From Spirochaetia bacterium (GTDB taxonomy: Bacteria; Spirochaetota; Spirochaetia; DSM-2461): a stretch of DNA of 64,000 nucleotides. The notes under the pieces were generated by a model that had not been told where the DNA came from, made no database searches, and saw only the letters and a list, made by a program, of their open reading frames with translations. The stretch covers positions 4,256,001 to 4,320,000 of the forward strand of contig OY764216.1 in the NCBI GenBank assembly GCA_963668315.1. Direction: 5' to 3'. Positions 18,615 to 29,425 of this stretch are shown in pieces (position 1 is the stretch's first letter; the number at the start of each line of letters is the position of its first letter). The position numbers and the translations under genes are program-made.

Positions 18615-19679
18615 CTATAGATCTTTTCGAATCAATTTATCCAACTCAACGGCAATCTTTTTATTGTTCTCCACCGTAATATGACCATCACTCTTAAAAT
18701 TAACTGGATTTTTCGTCGAAACTATATCCCCGGTATTAAGATAATCCACCTCCAAATCGTCAAGAAAAGAAGTAAAACTTTCTCCCAAAGCATCATTGTA
18801 TTTCTGCGTTTCAATGAGAATAACGACAGGAGTACAACCGTATTCCCTCGCTTCCTTGACGAAAAGAGAAATGAGATCTTCAGCCTGTGAAACGATCTCT
18901 TCATTAAACTTATGATTGTGGAATACTTTTTCCGTTACATTATTATTATGCTTACTCTTATACCACCGTTTAATAAAACGTCCTATTATTGAATAATCAA
19001 GGACATTACGTTTATAGATAAAGGGGGAATAGGATTTATCGTACTTCTCCAGCAAATCAAGATTTTCATTCCACAACTCTCTATCAGACAACGCCGTCTG
19101 CAAATCTTCAAAGGAGTTAATATAAGGAGTAATCTGTTCATAACCTTCCGGAGAGACAACAAACTGGGAGTAAAATGACCCCATGGGAGTATCCACCCCA
19201 ATCGTGTCGTTAGTCATAGCATTAATATACTTTAGAGAAGAATCCAAAACTCCGAGAGCTGCAAATCTAGATGTACATACATCCTTATCGACCAAGAAAG
19301 AGGATAGTGAGTGATTTATAGGAGAAGCGGGTCCATCAATCTTTCTTACGAGAAGCTCATTATCCAACCCTATCAGCTGATCGGCGATATGATTACTAAA
19401 CGACATACCATAAAAAGTAATATCTGCGGTTGTGCCTCTTTGTCTGAATTTCTCGTCGCTAATCCAACCGGAATGAAGTACTGAATTCGCTGGAATTTCC
19501 TTTTTGAACATTTCACGAATTTGCATTTCCGTAGAGAGCCCATAGGAAAAAAATTTATTTAGCTTCTCATTATTAAGAACTTTCAGTAAAAACTGTGAAC
19601 CAATATCAAAAACCACAAGCCAGACGATAATGATCAGCGATGTTCTTTCTAATTTGTGAATAATTTCTCTCATATTCAA
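18615..19679 (-). CDS. Membrane-anchored SGNH-like/AlgJ-like acyl-transfer partner (putative)
   Basis: N-terminal TM anchor, YGMSFS (GDSF-like) and C-terminal SDGH (DxH) motif; immediately downstream of the MBOAT gene. Confidence 0.55.
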   Translation of the reverse strand: MNMREIIHKLERTSLIIIVWLVVFDIGSQFLLKVLNNEKLNKFFSYGLSTEMQIREMFKKEIPANSVLHSGWISDEKFRQRGTTADITFYGMSFSNHIADQLIGLDNELLVRKIDGPASPINHSLSSFLVDKDVCTSRFAALGVLDSSLKYINAMTNDTIGVDTPMGSFYSQFVVSPEGYEQITPYINSFEDLQTALSDRELWNENLDLLEKYDKSYSPFIYKRNVLDYSIIGRFIKRWYKSKHNNNVTEKVFHNHKFNEEIVSQAEDLISLFVKEAREYGCTPVVILIETQKYNDALGESFTSFLDDLEVDYLNTGDIVSTKNPVNFKSDGHITVENNKKIAVELDKLIRKDL

Positions 19680-19685
19680 GCTCCT

Positions 19686-21089
19686 TTAGAATTGAAAGTA
19701 GATAAACTCAGCCGGAGCGTTAGTCATGCCCATAAATAGAATGAATAAAGACAGAGCATACATAAAAGACCGTACGACTTTATGGTAGGAAAAATAAAAA
19801 GCTGCATTATCGTGGACAACACTAATGACATCAAATATAAACAGAAACATTATACCTATTAACGTTGCGATGGAAGGAATATGTATAATAGAATGAAGCG
19901 TATCTAGATGAATCAGCAATTCCGTAAACTGAACTATCTGGCTTAGTGAATTAGCCCTAAATAATAGCCATCCGTAGCATGTCACCTGGAAGAAAAATAC
20001 AATAGCTAACAAATTGATGGCAGGATTTTTCGTTCTTCTTTTCTTCTTTTGAAAAAGCCGATAGAGGACAAGAATAACACCCTGGTATGTACCCCAGAGA
20101 ACAAAATTCCAGGCAGCCCCATGCCAGAGTCCTCCCAAAACCATAGTAATAATCAGATTGCGATAGGTACAGAAAGAACCTTTCCGATTGCCACCCAATG
20201 GAATATAAAGATAGTCTCTAAGCCAGGAGGAGAGACTAATGTGCCATCGATTCCAGAATTCACTGGGATCTTTGGAAATATAGGGGACTCGGAAATTCTC
20301 CATAAGTTCAAAGCCCATCATCTTAGAAACACCTCTGGCGATATCGGAATATCCAGAAAAATCACAGTAGATTTGCAAAGCAAAAAGATAAGTGGCCAAT
20401 ATGACATCTATCCCAGTAACTCCGCCGGCAGCATTATAGATCTGATTTACAGAGGGAGCCACCCCATCGGCAATAACAACTTTCTTAAAAAGGCCGAAAA
20501 CTATGAGAAACAATCCCCTTCGGATTTTCTCATAGGTCACAACTCTTTCGGTAGTAACATTAGGTAGAAGGTTTTTCGCCCTTTCAATAGGCCCGGCTAC
20601 CAACTGGGGAAAGAAAGAAACAAATAGAGCAAAATCAAAAAAATTGTCACAAGGCTTCAATTCTTTCCGATAGACATCAATTGTATAACTCATCGTTTGA
20701 AAAGTATAGAAGGATATCCCCACAGGAAGAAGAATGTTCAATGTGGAAAAATTCACATTCAGATTAAATGTTTGCAGAAAATCGATCAAAGACTGGGTGA
20801 AAAAATTAAAATACTTGAAAAAAGCTAAAATACCAAGATTACAAAACATGGAGAGAAATAGCCATTTTTTACGAACAAGCTTATCAACGGAAGCATCAAG
20901 TTTACGTCCTACCATATAATCGATTACTGTGGAAATAACGATCAAACTCAGAAAACGCCAATTCCAACATCCATAAAAAAAATAACTGGCAATTAGAAGA
21001 ATTCTATTCTGCCATTTGTGTTGCACACTTAAATAGAGTACATAAACAATGGCAAAAAAAATAAGGAAGGACAAACTATTGAACGTCAT
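19686..21089 (-). CDS. MBOAT O-acyltransferase (AlgI/DltB family)
   Basis: LPVGISFYTFQ, FFPQLVAGPIER, YCDFSGYSD, FWNRWHISLS, GLWHGA and C-terminal FIYFQF. Confidence 0.93.
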   Translation of the reverse strand: MTFNSLSFLIFFAIVYVLYLSVQHKWQNRILLIASYFFYGCWNWRFLSLIVISTVIDYMVGRKLDASVDKLVRKKWLFLSMFCNLGILAFFKYFNFFTQSLIDFLQTFNLNVNFSTLNILLPVGISFYTFQTMSYTIDVYRKELKPCDNFFDFALFVSFFPQLVAGPIERAKNLLPNVTTERVVTYEKIRRGLFLIVFGLFKKVVIADGVAPSVNQIYNAAGGVTGIDVILATYLFALQIYCDFSGYSDIARGVSKMMGFELMENFRVPYISKDPSEFWNRWHISLSSWLRDYLYIPLGGNRKGSFCTYRNLIITMVLGGLWHGAAWNFVLWGTYQGVILVLYRLFQKKKRRTKNPAINLLAIVFFFQVTCYGWLLFRANSLSQIVQFTELLIHLDTLHSIIHIPSIATLIGIMFLFIFDVISVVHDNAAFYFSYHKVVRSFMYALSLFILFMGMTNAPAEFIYFQF

Positions 21090-21455
21090 ACTTTTTTTTA
21101 CTTTTCCTTAAAACATTAGTTATCGATAAAGTTATCACAGATTATCATTTTTTTCTAACATTCATAAATGAAATATTTTTTTTAACCCATATCACTTTTA
21201 ATACAAAAAAAAGGAGAAAACATTTGGTGAATTAAATTTTAACCAATAATTAATATCCCTACTTGATAACAATATCAGATCTGCCCTAAAAACAATAAAA
21301 ATAAAACCATAGTGCATAATAATACCTTACTATAAATGTGTTATTTTTATATAAAGGTGCTAGAATATTATTTGTGATACAGGATGACAAATGGAAAGTA
21401 ATATATTTTCCGAAAATAGTTATCCGCAATTATATAATAAAGGAAATAATACTCC

Positions 21456-22430
21456 ATGGAACTCTCCATAATCATTGTCAGTTACAATACAAAAGAAATA
21501 CTGAAGAAATGCCTCCAACTTTTATATAATGATATTGGAAATATAAATACCGAAATTCTTATTATAGATAATGCCTCCCATGACGGATCACCGGATATGA
21601 TAGAACAAGATTTTCCCAATGTGCGTCTTATCCGCTGCGAAAAGAATTATGGTTTTGGTAAAGCAAATAATATTGCGATGAAAGAAGCCAAGGGAGATTA
21701 CTTTCTTCTCTTGAACTCTGACGCCTACGTTAAACCGGGTGTGATTGACTCAACTCTGGATTATATGAAAAATAATTCCGATGTTGGGATTCTTGGTGTA
21801 AAATTGGTTGATAAGGAAGGCAACCTACAGCCATCCGCCCGGCATTTTCCTTCTTCCTTCTCAAAGTTTATTGTTTTAGCCGGAATATCAAAACATTTTC
21901 CTCATTCAAGATTATTAGGGGGACCTGACTATTCCTGGTGGGACCATAGTTCCATTAAAAATGTCGACTGGGTTGTGGGAGCTTACTTCATGATCCGAAA
22001 AGATGTTGCTGAGCAAGTCGGTTATTTTGATGAAAGATATTTTCTATACTACGAAGAGACCGATTTTTGTCTGCAGGTCAAAAGAAAAGGCTATAAGGTT
22101 ATATTTTATCCCTATGCCGAGGTAATCCATCTTGGAGGAGAAAGCAGTAAAAAAACGGATAAGCGTGTCTCTGAAGCGGGCAAACAGATCACAAGTATAA
22201 GGGTCGACAGCGAGCAAAAATTCCATTGGAAAAATTTTGGGATTATTCGCATGCTTAGTATTGTTTACGTGGAAGTGTTATGGCTTAGATTATCCATAGG
22301 GAAAAACATTTTATTCCCCCGGAAGGATTCAAAGACAAAAATGAAAAATGCGCGTCTAATAATTGAGCTGCATAAAGATAATATGAAAAATAAAAATTAT
22401 CGCAATACGAGTTATGACTATGCTAAGTGA
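21456..22430 (+). CDS. GT2 glycosyltransferase
   Basis: IIIVSYN, DNASHDGS, LLLNSDA and FDERYFLYYEETD. Confidence 0.9.
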   Translation: MELSIIIVSYNTKEILKKCLQLLYNDIGNINTEILIIDNASHDGSPDMIEQDFPNVRLIRCEKNYGFGKANNIAMKEAKGDYFLLLNSDAYVKPGVIDSTLDYMKNNSDVGILGVKLVDKEGNLQPSARHFPSSFSKFIVLAGISKHFPHSRLLGGPDYSWWDHSSIKNVDWVVGAYFMIRKDVAEQVGYFDERYFLYYEETDFCLQVKRKGYKVIFYPYAEVIHLGGESSKKTDKRVSEAGKQITSIRVDSEQKFHWKNFGIIRMLSIVYVEVLWLRLSIGKNILFPRKDSKTKMKNARLIIELHKDNMKNKNYRNTSYDYAK

Positions 22431-22929
22431 ATTACAAAAAGATCTAGCAACATATGGAGGAAACAGATGGGCTCCGGGTTACCGGGTCATGCGTGTCTAC
22501 CGATTCGGGAATTGGCGCTATGAAATAAAGAATCCACTTCTCCGGAAGCCCTTCTCCCTACTATATAAATATCTATATCGAAAAATTATAGAAAAAACAG
22601 GAATTGAACTCCCTTGTGAGGCAAGGGTAGGTCAGAATTTCCGAATCGACCATCAATCGGGAATTGTGGTTAGTGGATTTACGGAAATCGGTGATAACTG
22701 TGTCATTAGAAACGGTGTTACCATAGGATTGAAAAATACTGACGTACTAAAAGCACCAAAAATCGGTAATAATGTAGATATTGGTACCGGAGCGAAAATC
22801 CTTGGAGATATAACTATTGGAGACAATGTTCATATTGGAGCCAATGCAGTTGTCCTGATAGATATTCCATCCAATTCTCTAGCAGTAGGAACACCTGCGC
22901 GCATTATTCCCAAGGAAAACAAAGCATGA
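22414..22929 (+). CDS. Hexapeptide-repeat O-acetyltransferase (WcaB/CysE-like)
   Basis: Left-handed beta-helix repeats, IGANAVV...G.PAR; within a GT operon. Confidence 0.85.
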   Translation: MTMLSELQKDLATYGGNRWAPGYRVMRVYRFGNWRYEIKNPLLRKPFSLLYKYLYRKIIEKTGIELPCEARVGQNFRIDHQSGIVVSGFTEIGDNCVIRNGVTIGLKNTDVLKAPKIGNNVDIGTGAKILGDITIGDNVHIGANAVVLIDIPSNSLAVGTPARIIPKENKA

Positions 22930-23912
22930 ATCAGCCACTTATTTCAATCGTTATTATTGGCCGCAACGAGGGAGAACGTCTTGGTCGCTGCATCAAAGCT
23001 GTACAGGATCTTGACTATCCCACTCAAAAAAAAGAAATCATCTATGTTGATTCCCGTTCTTCCGACGGTAGCGTAGCATATGCTAAAAAGCTTGGCGTTG
23101 AAAAAGTTTTCACCCTTAAACAGGAAAAAACCTGCGCTGCCATGGGACGCAACATGGGCCTAAGTCAAGCCAAGGGAGAATTAATACTTTTCCTTGACGG
23201 AGACACTCAGATATCAAGGGACTTTTTAACTGTGGCAGTTCCCCACTTCGACAAGGAAGAAATTGCAATTGTTTACGGCCGCCGAAACGAAATACATCCT
23301 GAATCGCTCTATATACGGCTGTGCGGTTCTGACTGGAGCCAGAGGATTCCCGGCTTTACAGAAACGTCAGCCGGAGATGTTCTCATAAGATCAAGTGTCA
23401 TTAGAGATATCGGAGGTTACAAGGAGATAATTGCCGGAGAAGATCCGGAGATGTCCAATAGAGTAATCAACTCCGGTTTTAAAATTCTGTTTATTAATAA
23501 GGACATGGTAAACCATGATTTAGGCATACGCAGTTTTCATCAATACTGGAAGCATTCCGTAAGAAGCGGTTTCGCCTATGCCGTTGTAGCCAATATGACA
23601 AAAAAAAGAGAGATACCCCTTTGGGTGGATAAGAATAGAAAGATTATGTTACAGGGATCAATTTACTTGCTGGCTCCTATTATTACAATCCTTGTTTCAC
23701 TAATTTTGAAAAGCATTCTACCTGCTATTTTCTATTTGATTCTGGGATTTCTCATTGTAGTACGTTCGTATATGAAAAATCGTAAGAAAGGTATGAACGG
23801 CGGGTTCAATTTATTCTATTCCATGCACAGTCATTTTTTAAAAATCCCAATGCTCATTGGACAACTTACTTACCATACGAATAAAAATAAATCCCTCATA
23901 GAATATAAATAG
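22926..23912 (+). CDS. GT2 glycosyltransferase with C-terminal TM segments
   Basis: IGRNEG, YVDSRSSDGS, FLDGD and IAGED. Confidence 0.88.
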   Translation: MNQPLISIVIIGRNEGERLGRCIKAVQDLDYPTQKKEIIYVDSRSSDGSVAYAKKLGVEKVFTLKQEKTCAAMGRNMGLSQAKGELILFLDGDTQISRDFLTVAVPHFDKEEIAIVYGRRNEIHPESLYIRLCGSDWSQRIPGFTETSAGDVLIRSSVIRDIGGYKEIIAGEDPEMSNRVINSGFKILFINKDMVNHDLGIRSFHQYWKHSVRSGFAYAVVANMTKKREIPLWVDKNRKIMLQGSIYLLAPIITILVSLILKSILPAIFYLILGFLIVVRSYMKNRKKGMNGGFNLFYSMHSHFLKIPMLIGQLTYHTNKNKSLIEYK

Positions 23913-23920
23913 GACTAATC

Positions 23921-24655
23921 ATGAATAAATCAGTTTACTTCGGCAGTTTAAGATTTGATCATTATACCAGGGAGGAACTGGTCAATAATATACTTGACTA
24001 CAAAGGCACTCTTCAAACTGTGGTAACCCCGAACGTTGATCATGTTATCCGTGCCAATGAATCTCCCGAACTTCTGCCCCTTTACCAAAATGCGGAAATA
24101 AGTGTTAACGACAGCAGAATACTTAATAAGCTATCTCGACTAGCCCGTAAGGATCTGGGAAATGTCATACCCGGAAGTGATCTGACAAAGGAACTCATTG
24201 AAAAATTACATAATACAGAAGTCGCAATAACCGTTATCGGCTGCCGGGACGAGTCCATAAAAATAATCAAAGAGAAATATCATCTAAATAAACTCACTCA
24301 CTATAATCCCCCCATGGGATTCATAGAAGAGGAAGCAGAGATAACCAAATGTGTCGATATGATTGTCAGCAATTCCCCATCCATCATTTTTCTTGCCGTC
24401 GGTTCTCCTCGGCAGGAGATTTTGGCAGGAAGGGCAAAAGAAGCAGGAGCCAAGGGCAGCGCCCTGTGTATAGGAGCCTCCCTCATGTTTCTGGCGGGAG
24501 AAGAAAAAAGGGCTCCTAAGATTATCCAAAAGCTTTCTCTTGAGTGGTTATTCAGGCTTCTTCAGTCCCCCAAAAGACTGGCGAAACGCTATCTTGTGGA
24601 CGGACTGAAGATTATTCCGATCTTAATTAAGGAAATGAATACTTCCAAGAATTAG
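23921..24655 (+). CDS. WecB/TagA/CpsF family glycosyltransferase
   Basis: TPNVDH, GSDL, VGSPRQE, LEWLFRL..P.RL..RY. Confidence 0.92.
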   Translation: MNKSVYFGSLRFDHYTREELVNNILDYKGTLQTVVTPNVDHVIRANESPELLPLYQNAEISVNDSRILNKLSRLARKDLGNVIPGSDLTKELIEKLHNTEVAITVIGCRDESIKIIKEKYHLNKLTHYNPPMGFIEEEAEITKCVDMIVSNSPSIIFLAVGSPRQEILAGRAKEAGAKGSALCIGASLMFLAGEEKRAPKIIQKLSLEWLFRLLQSPKRLAKRYLVDGLKIIPILIKEMNTSKN

Positions 24656-24664
24656 AATTTTCCC

Positions 24665-27307
24665 TTATTTATTTTTCCACTGAAAATTCATCTCATACAT
24701 CTTTCTGTATAAGAAGTAAAAGGTTAATAAGAACAGAATGATGGGAATCAGCAATGCTGCAATATTGGGAACACCTACAGCTTCCATAATCCCCTTAAAG
24801 GGTATGACAAGCTCATGGCCAACATACAGAGGAAATGCCAGCAGGCCGGTTAAAGAAAAGAACTGCAATATCACCCGAAGCACAACCCCTGACCGGTTAT
24901 AAAAACCTAACAAAGATCCTATCCCTTTGAAGAATATCATCACAATCCCCCAATAGATTAACCATCCCCATAGGTAAGTAGCAGTAAGAGGCCAAGTAAC
25001 AAGCAATTTGATGCTATCGGCATGATACGCAATGATCATTCCAAGCAAAATAGCAATGAGCCCCCAGGAAAGAAAGTTCTTTGCTGCTAGAGCATTACGT
25101 TTTAGATGTATCCCCAAAGTCAATCCCAGAAAAGCCCCGCCAATTAGGTTAAAATAACTGTATTTTGCACAAAATGCCATTTTGACTAATTCCCATATAC
25201 CCGTAGTTTTCATAATACTAAGTTTATCCCAAACGAGAGGATAGGTAATATAGAGTATACAAGCGGTAAGTAAAATAGGCAGAGTCACATCTTTGAACCG
25301 TGCAAAGAAGCGAAACCAAAGAGGCAGAGTTAAAGAAGCCAGAAAATAGAATAACAGAACTGAATAAAAAGTATTGGCAATCTCTGTACCCGTCAAATTC
25401 CCATGCATTAGAATTTTCTCGGTCAACGAAAGCAAGGCCAGAACAAAAATCCCAGCCCCCAGCAATAATTGAGTATTACGAAGTATTGACTTAAAACGCT
25501 TATTATCCTTTTGGGATATATCGAAAAGTGAAAATCCGACGGTAAGTCCATAGACAATAGCAAATCCCGGGGTACCCATATTAAAGAAGAATGAGAGAAA
25601 TGGAGATATTATCTGAGCAAGAGAACCGGGCAACTTATCCATAACGAAACCGGACCAATGGGCACCAATTACTAGCAAAACAAAAATGCCTCTAACAGCA
25701 TTTACATTAAGACTATTCTTTATAGCCTGATTTCTTATGGTATGCCTATGAGGTTCCTCAGAGGTAACAGTCTGATCAAGTTTCTCGGATAGCTCTCTTA
25801 CAGACATTCCCTGAAGCATTCCCTGAAGCAGATCCTTGGGTAGACCCATACGATTCATCTTTACTATAACCGAAATAGCGGTTAAGGAATCCCCCCCCAA
25901 ATCATAAAAGGTATCCTTTGCTCTAATCTTGCTGACTTTTAAAACATCCTTCCAGGCTCGAATAATCTTTTCTTCAGTCTCGGAAAGGTTTTCCTGTTCT
26001 TCAACTCCATCTTTTTCATCTACCGTCTCTATCTGATTTTTTGCATATTCGCTATAAATCTCAGTCAATAATCTTCTTTTTATCTTACCCGTATCTGTTG
26101 CGGGAAAAGATAATAGAGACATTAGTTTTACGGAACCGGAACCTTTGATATCATTCTCAGAAGCGGCTTGTAAAGCCGCCTTCTCAATATCGTGTTTCCG
26201 CCCTTCCAATTCCTGTAAATAACAGATAATAATAATCTCCCCACGGACCTTATCATTACCCCGAGCTACGGCTATTCCCTTCTCTATCCCCATAATCTCC
26301 CGGATACGCTTTTCAATAATATCGGGATAGACTTTAATACCGCCGCAATTGATAATATCGTCAGATCGACCTTTATAATATACGAAGCCTTCTTTTATAT
26401 CACCCAAGTCATTTGTCGTATGCCACAAGTCATCACTGATATTATCAACAACTTCAGAATCCTTTATTATTTTCTTTGAAACATGGGGACCCTTTATCAT
26501 AATCCGACCGTCATCGGATAACTTTATCTCCGTCTTCCCATATCCTTTTCCTACAGACTCATAAAACTCTACGGGAGTATCATTCAAACGCAAAAAAGTA
26601 GACCGGGACGCTTCGGTTAAACCATAGTGTTGTACAATGGTAGCCTTGGGGAAAATCTTTGAGAGTCGAAGTTTTTCATCACTACTCATATACTGGCTAC
26701 CTATCTCAATCCATTTCACCCTATGAGTTTCTTTTCCAAAAATTTCCTGATTATCAAAAAGAACACGCCATAGACTTGGAACTGCAGATATGGCATTGAT
26801 TTCTCCCTTTTGGAGCATTTCCTTAATTTCGAAGGGATTGAATCCTGCTTCAGGGACGAAGAAACGCCCTCCCACGGAAGCAACAACGCGACACCGTCCA
26901 AAACCAAAAGAATAATTAACAGGAATGCCCACATATTCAGAAATAGACGAATCTATATTCATAATATCAACCAATCGTTCGACTACATCGTTCAAGGCAC
27001 TGTGGCTGAGCAAAACACCTTTAGGGTTTCCCGTAGTACCGGATGAAAAAGAGATTTGGGCAATACTGTCATTGGATTTGAAATTTATTTTTTCCGTAAA
27101 CCATCCATAGTTTTTTCTGGGAGTGACAATTTTTTCGACATTTGTCATTTTGATTTTGTATTCATCCTGCTCATTTTTAAGTAGAACAACCACTTCGTCA
27201 TTCTCATAAGCTGTAAATACCTTTTCTAGAAAATCGATTGAGTTGGTTGAAACGACCCCTACGGTGCTTCTATTTTCCAATTCAGCGGATAAGTGATCTG
27301 TCAACAT
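24665..27307 (-). CDS. Fusion: adenylate-forming enzyme + carrier protein + multi-TM acyltransferase-like domain
   Basis: FSSGTTGNPKG, YGLTE, NDLG, GRSDD and TGKIKR; carrier site LGGDS; then VNAVRGIFVLLVIGAH and many hydrophobic helices. Confidence 0.8.
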   Translation of the reverse strand: MLTDHLSAELENRSTVGVVSTNSIDFLEKVFTAYENDEVVVLLKNEQDEYKIKMTNVEKIVTPRKNYGWFTEKINFKSNDSIAQISFSSGTTGNPKGVLLSHSALNDVVERLVDIMNIDSSISEYVGIPVNYSFGFGRCRVVASVGGRFFVPEAGFNPFEIKEMLQKGEINAISAVPSLWRVLFDNQEIFGKETHRVKWIEIGSQYMSSDEKLRLSKIFPKATIVQHYGLTEASRSTFLRLNDTPVEFYESVGKGYGKTEIKLSDDGRIMIKGPHVSKKIIKDSEVVDNISDDLWHTTNDLGDIKEGFVYYKGRSDDIINCGGIKVYPDIIEKRIREIMGIEKGIAVARGNDKVRGEIIIICYLQELEGRKHDIEKAALQAASENDIKGSGSVKLMSLLSFPATDTGKIKRRLLTEIYSEYAKNQIETVDEKDGVEEQENLSETEEKIIRAWKDVLKVSKIRAKDTFYDLGGDSLTAISVIVKMNRMGLPKDLLQGMLQGMSVRELSEKLDQTVTSEEPHRHTIRNQAIKNSLNVNAVRGIFVLLVIGAHWSGFVMDKLPGSLAQIISPFLSFFFNMGTPGFAIVYGLTVGFSLFDISQKDNKRFKSILRNTQLLLGAGIFVLALLSLTEKILMHGNLTGTEIANTFYSVLLFYFLASLTLPLWFRFFARFKDVTLPILLTACILYITYPLVWDKLSIMKTTGIWELVKMAFCAKYSYFNLIGGAFLGLTLGIHLKRNALAAKNFLSWGLIAILLGMIIAYHADSIKLLVTWPLTATYLWGWLIYWGIVMIFFKGIGSLLGFYNRSGVVLRVILQFFSLTGLLAFPLYVGHELVIPFKGIMEAVGVPNIAALLIPIILFLLTFYFLYRKMYEMNFQWKNK

Positions 27308-27433
27308 TTAATACATCCCTATACTTTTTTAGATATAGTATATCACAAGATATCTTATAAACAATTATTACGCACACCTTGGAAAAAGTATATTGATAAT
27401 AAGTTGATTCACAACCAGGATTTTTACAACCTC

Positions 27434-29191
27434 TTAATTAGAAACCCCAGCTCTAAGCCACGTATTTATCATACCCGCCGTTAAGTCTGTGTCCCAATTA
27501 TCCCGACTTTGCTCTCGTATTTTTTCAATGAAGGAGTCATAAGTACCATCTCCCCCTAAAACTAAGCTATCATAGTCTTCGATAGTTCTACCTATCGTTA
27601 CCTGACTATTCTTGGCATCCTTCTCATTACTGGAAACCCAATCATTATAGGAATAATTAATGCCTTCAGATTCTATAGGTGATTCAGATTCTGAATAATA
27701 GGAATTCCCATATAATCCAACTAGGGGAGAAAGGTTGTCATACCCAGCAACAGTAGCTTCTCTATCCTCTGATAATACGTTGTCATATATATATATATTC
27801 GTTTGATAGGGAAGAGTACCCTCATCTGAAATAAATTTAATATGGCCTGTACCAGACCCGATATTTGATACCATATTGGATCTAACAATAGTATCTTTAA
27901 TCTCACTAATTAATTCTATACCAAAAATATTTGTTGCATTAGTAGAAAAATCTATTAAATAATTTCCCTCAACAATACCTGATTCCCAGTCGACGCAGTC
28001 AAATCCCCAGGCAACACCTCGACCTGTTTGATTAGACTCACCGAATTTTGTTAGTACATTATCCAATAGGTTAACATTTTTAAATCGATAGGGATCAGTT
28101 GTATTCCCACCGATACTTACACCTATTTCTCCATCAACCATTAAGTTATTTATCATATAAATATTATTAGATGCGTAGTCAGCAGGATTTTCATGGTTCT
28201 CCGTAAATTTGAAACACATACTGGAAGGTCTCATGGATATATTATTTATTAAATATACGTTACTGCATGAAGAGAAGTAAAAATTATGATTAAACTTAGT
28301 AGCAACACCAACAGTTTCACCACTGTCTACTGAATTAAGCCACCCGTTATGATCCCAGAGACATTCATAAAATCTTAAACCATCTATATACTGACCGTAC
28401 ATACCTTGGCTGTGCCCGTCTTCGTTCGTATACACATAACGATCAAGGAATTGACACCGATTGAATGTAAAATCACTGGCTGTTCCATCACCATAGAGTG
28501 GGCCAATAGTAGCCCCAATATATTGAAAGCGACATCCCTCTATTAAAATGTCATACATATCACCGTAGTGGCCAGATCTAAGGGATAATGCACTGGTTCC
28601 CTCAAATTTTTCTATTGTTCCAACATTCGGATCAATATCTTCATTATAAAAGTTCAACGATGTAATTGCAGAATGAGCGAGCTCATCACCATCATGAGGC
28701 CAATTCACAAAAATAAATTCATAACATGTATAATCAGTTATTGACTCACTCAAAGTAGGTCTGACAATTGGTAAATTACCAGCACCATAAGCTCCTATTA
28801 ATGATTTATGATCCTCATCTACCCCGGATTTAAGCGCACCATTTGTTATTTCGAAGGTTCCATCCCTCTCAAATAGTAACCAATCATCGTATCCATCCCT
28901 TTGGTATTCTTCTGCCGCGTCATAAGTGGCAAATGGTAGTATAGCATCGGTAGGTTGAAATGGATCATCTCCTATTTCCGAATCTGTAGAACTATAATAA
29001 GCTGCATTTTCATCATCTCCGGTATTTGAAATATAAATAATTCTCGAGTTACTGGATGGAGAAAATTCCGTCCATCCCATGACATTAGCATCGATTCTTG
29101 AAGGCTCATTAAAATTGAGTATCATTGAGCACTGTGTATTTAATAACAAATAGATTAGTAATAACATGATTACAATTATTCTCTTTTTCAT
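27434..29191 (-). CDS. Exported acidic right-handed beta-helix (pectin-lyase-fold-like) protein, probable lipoprotein
   Basis: Likely start MKKRIIV at 29191 (track 29290) with hydrophobic signal ending NTQC; Asn/Gly/Ile-rich repeats; paralogous to 62921-64000. Confidence 0.6.
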   Translation of the reverse strand: MKKRIIVIMLLLIYLLLNTQCSMILNFNEPSRIDANVMGWTEFSPSSNSRIIYISNTGDDENAAYYSSTDSEIGDDPFQPTDAILPFATYDAAEEYQRDGYDDWLLFERDGTFEITNGALKSGVDEDHKSLIGAYGAGNLPIVRPTLSESITDYTCYEFIFVNWPHDGDELAHSAITSLNFYNEDIDPNVGTIEKFEGTSALSLRSGHYGDMYDILIEGCRFQYIGATIGPLYGDGTASDFTFNRCQFLDRYVYTNEDGHSQGMYGQYIDGLRFYECLWDHNGWLNSVDSGETVGVATKFNHNFYFSSCSNVYLINNISMRPSSMCFKFTENHENPADYASNNIYMINNLMVDGEIGVSIGGNTTDPYRFKNVNLLDNVLTKFGESNQTGRGVAWGFDCVDWESGIVEGNYLIDFSTNATNIFGIELISEIKDTIVRSNMVSNIGSGTGHIKFISDEGTLPYQTNIYIYDNVLSEDREATVAGYDNLSPLVGLYGNSYYSESESPIESEGINYSYNDWVSSNEKDAKNSQVTIGRTIEDYDSLVLGGDGTYDSFIEKIREQSRDNWDTDLTAGMINTWLRAGVSN

Positions 29192-29425
29192 ACTTACCAA
29201 TATGATTGAAAAAGATTTATAAATCAACTCCGAATAATATATGATAATAATAGTTAATATAAAGCAACATATATTCAACAATACGTTCATATAAATTAGA
29301 TATTTAAAATCTAAGGAATTAATATTTGTTACATAATTAACAATAATTTAAATATAACATTTTTCCTGAAAACACAATAAACATTAAATATATCATTTCT
29401 TCAAATATATATTTTTGCTGTAATT

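Noticed and set aside
22414..22929. cysE (cysteine biosynthesis) call for this gene and 45879-46400
   Set aside because: Short, lacking the CysE N-terminal domain and embedded among glycosyltransferases; sugar O-acetyltransferase is more likely.
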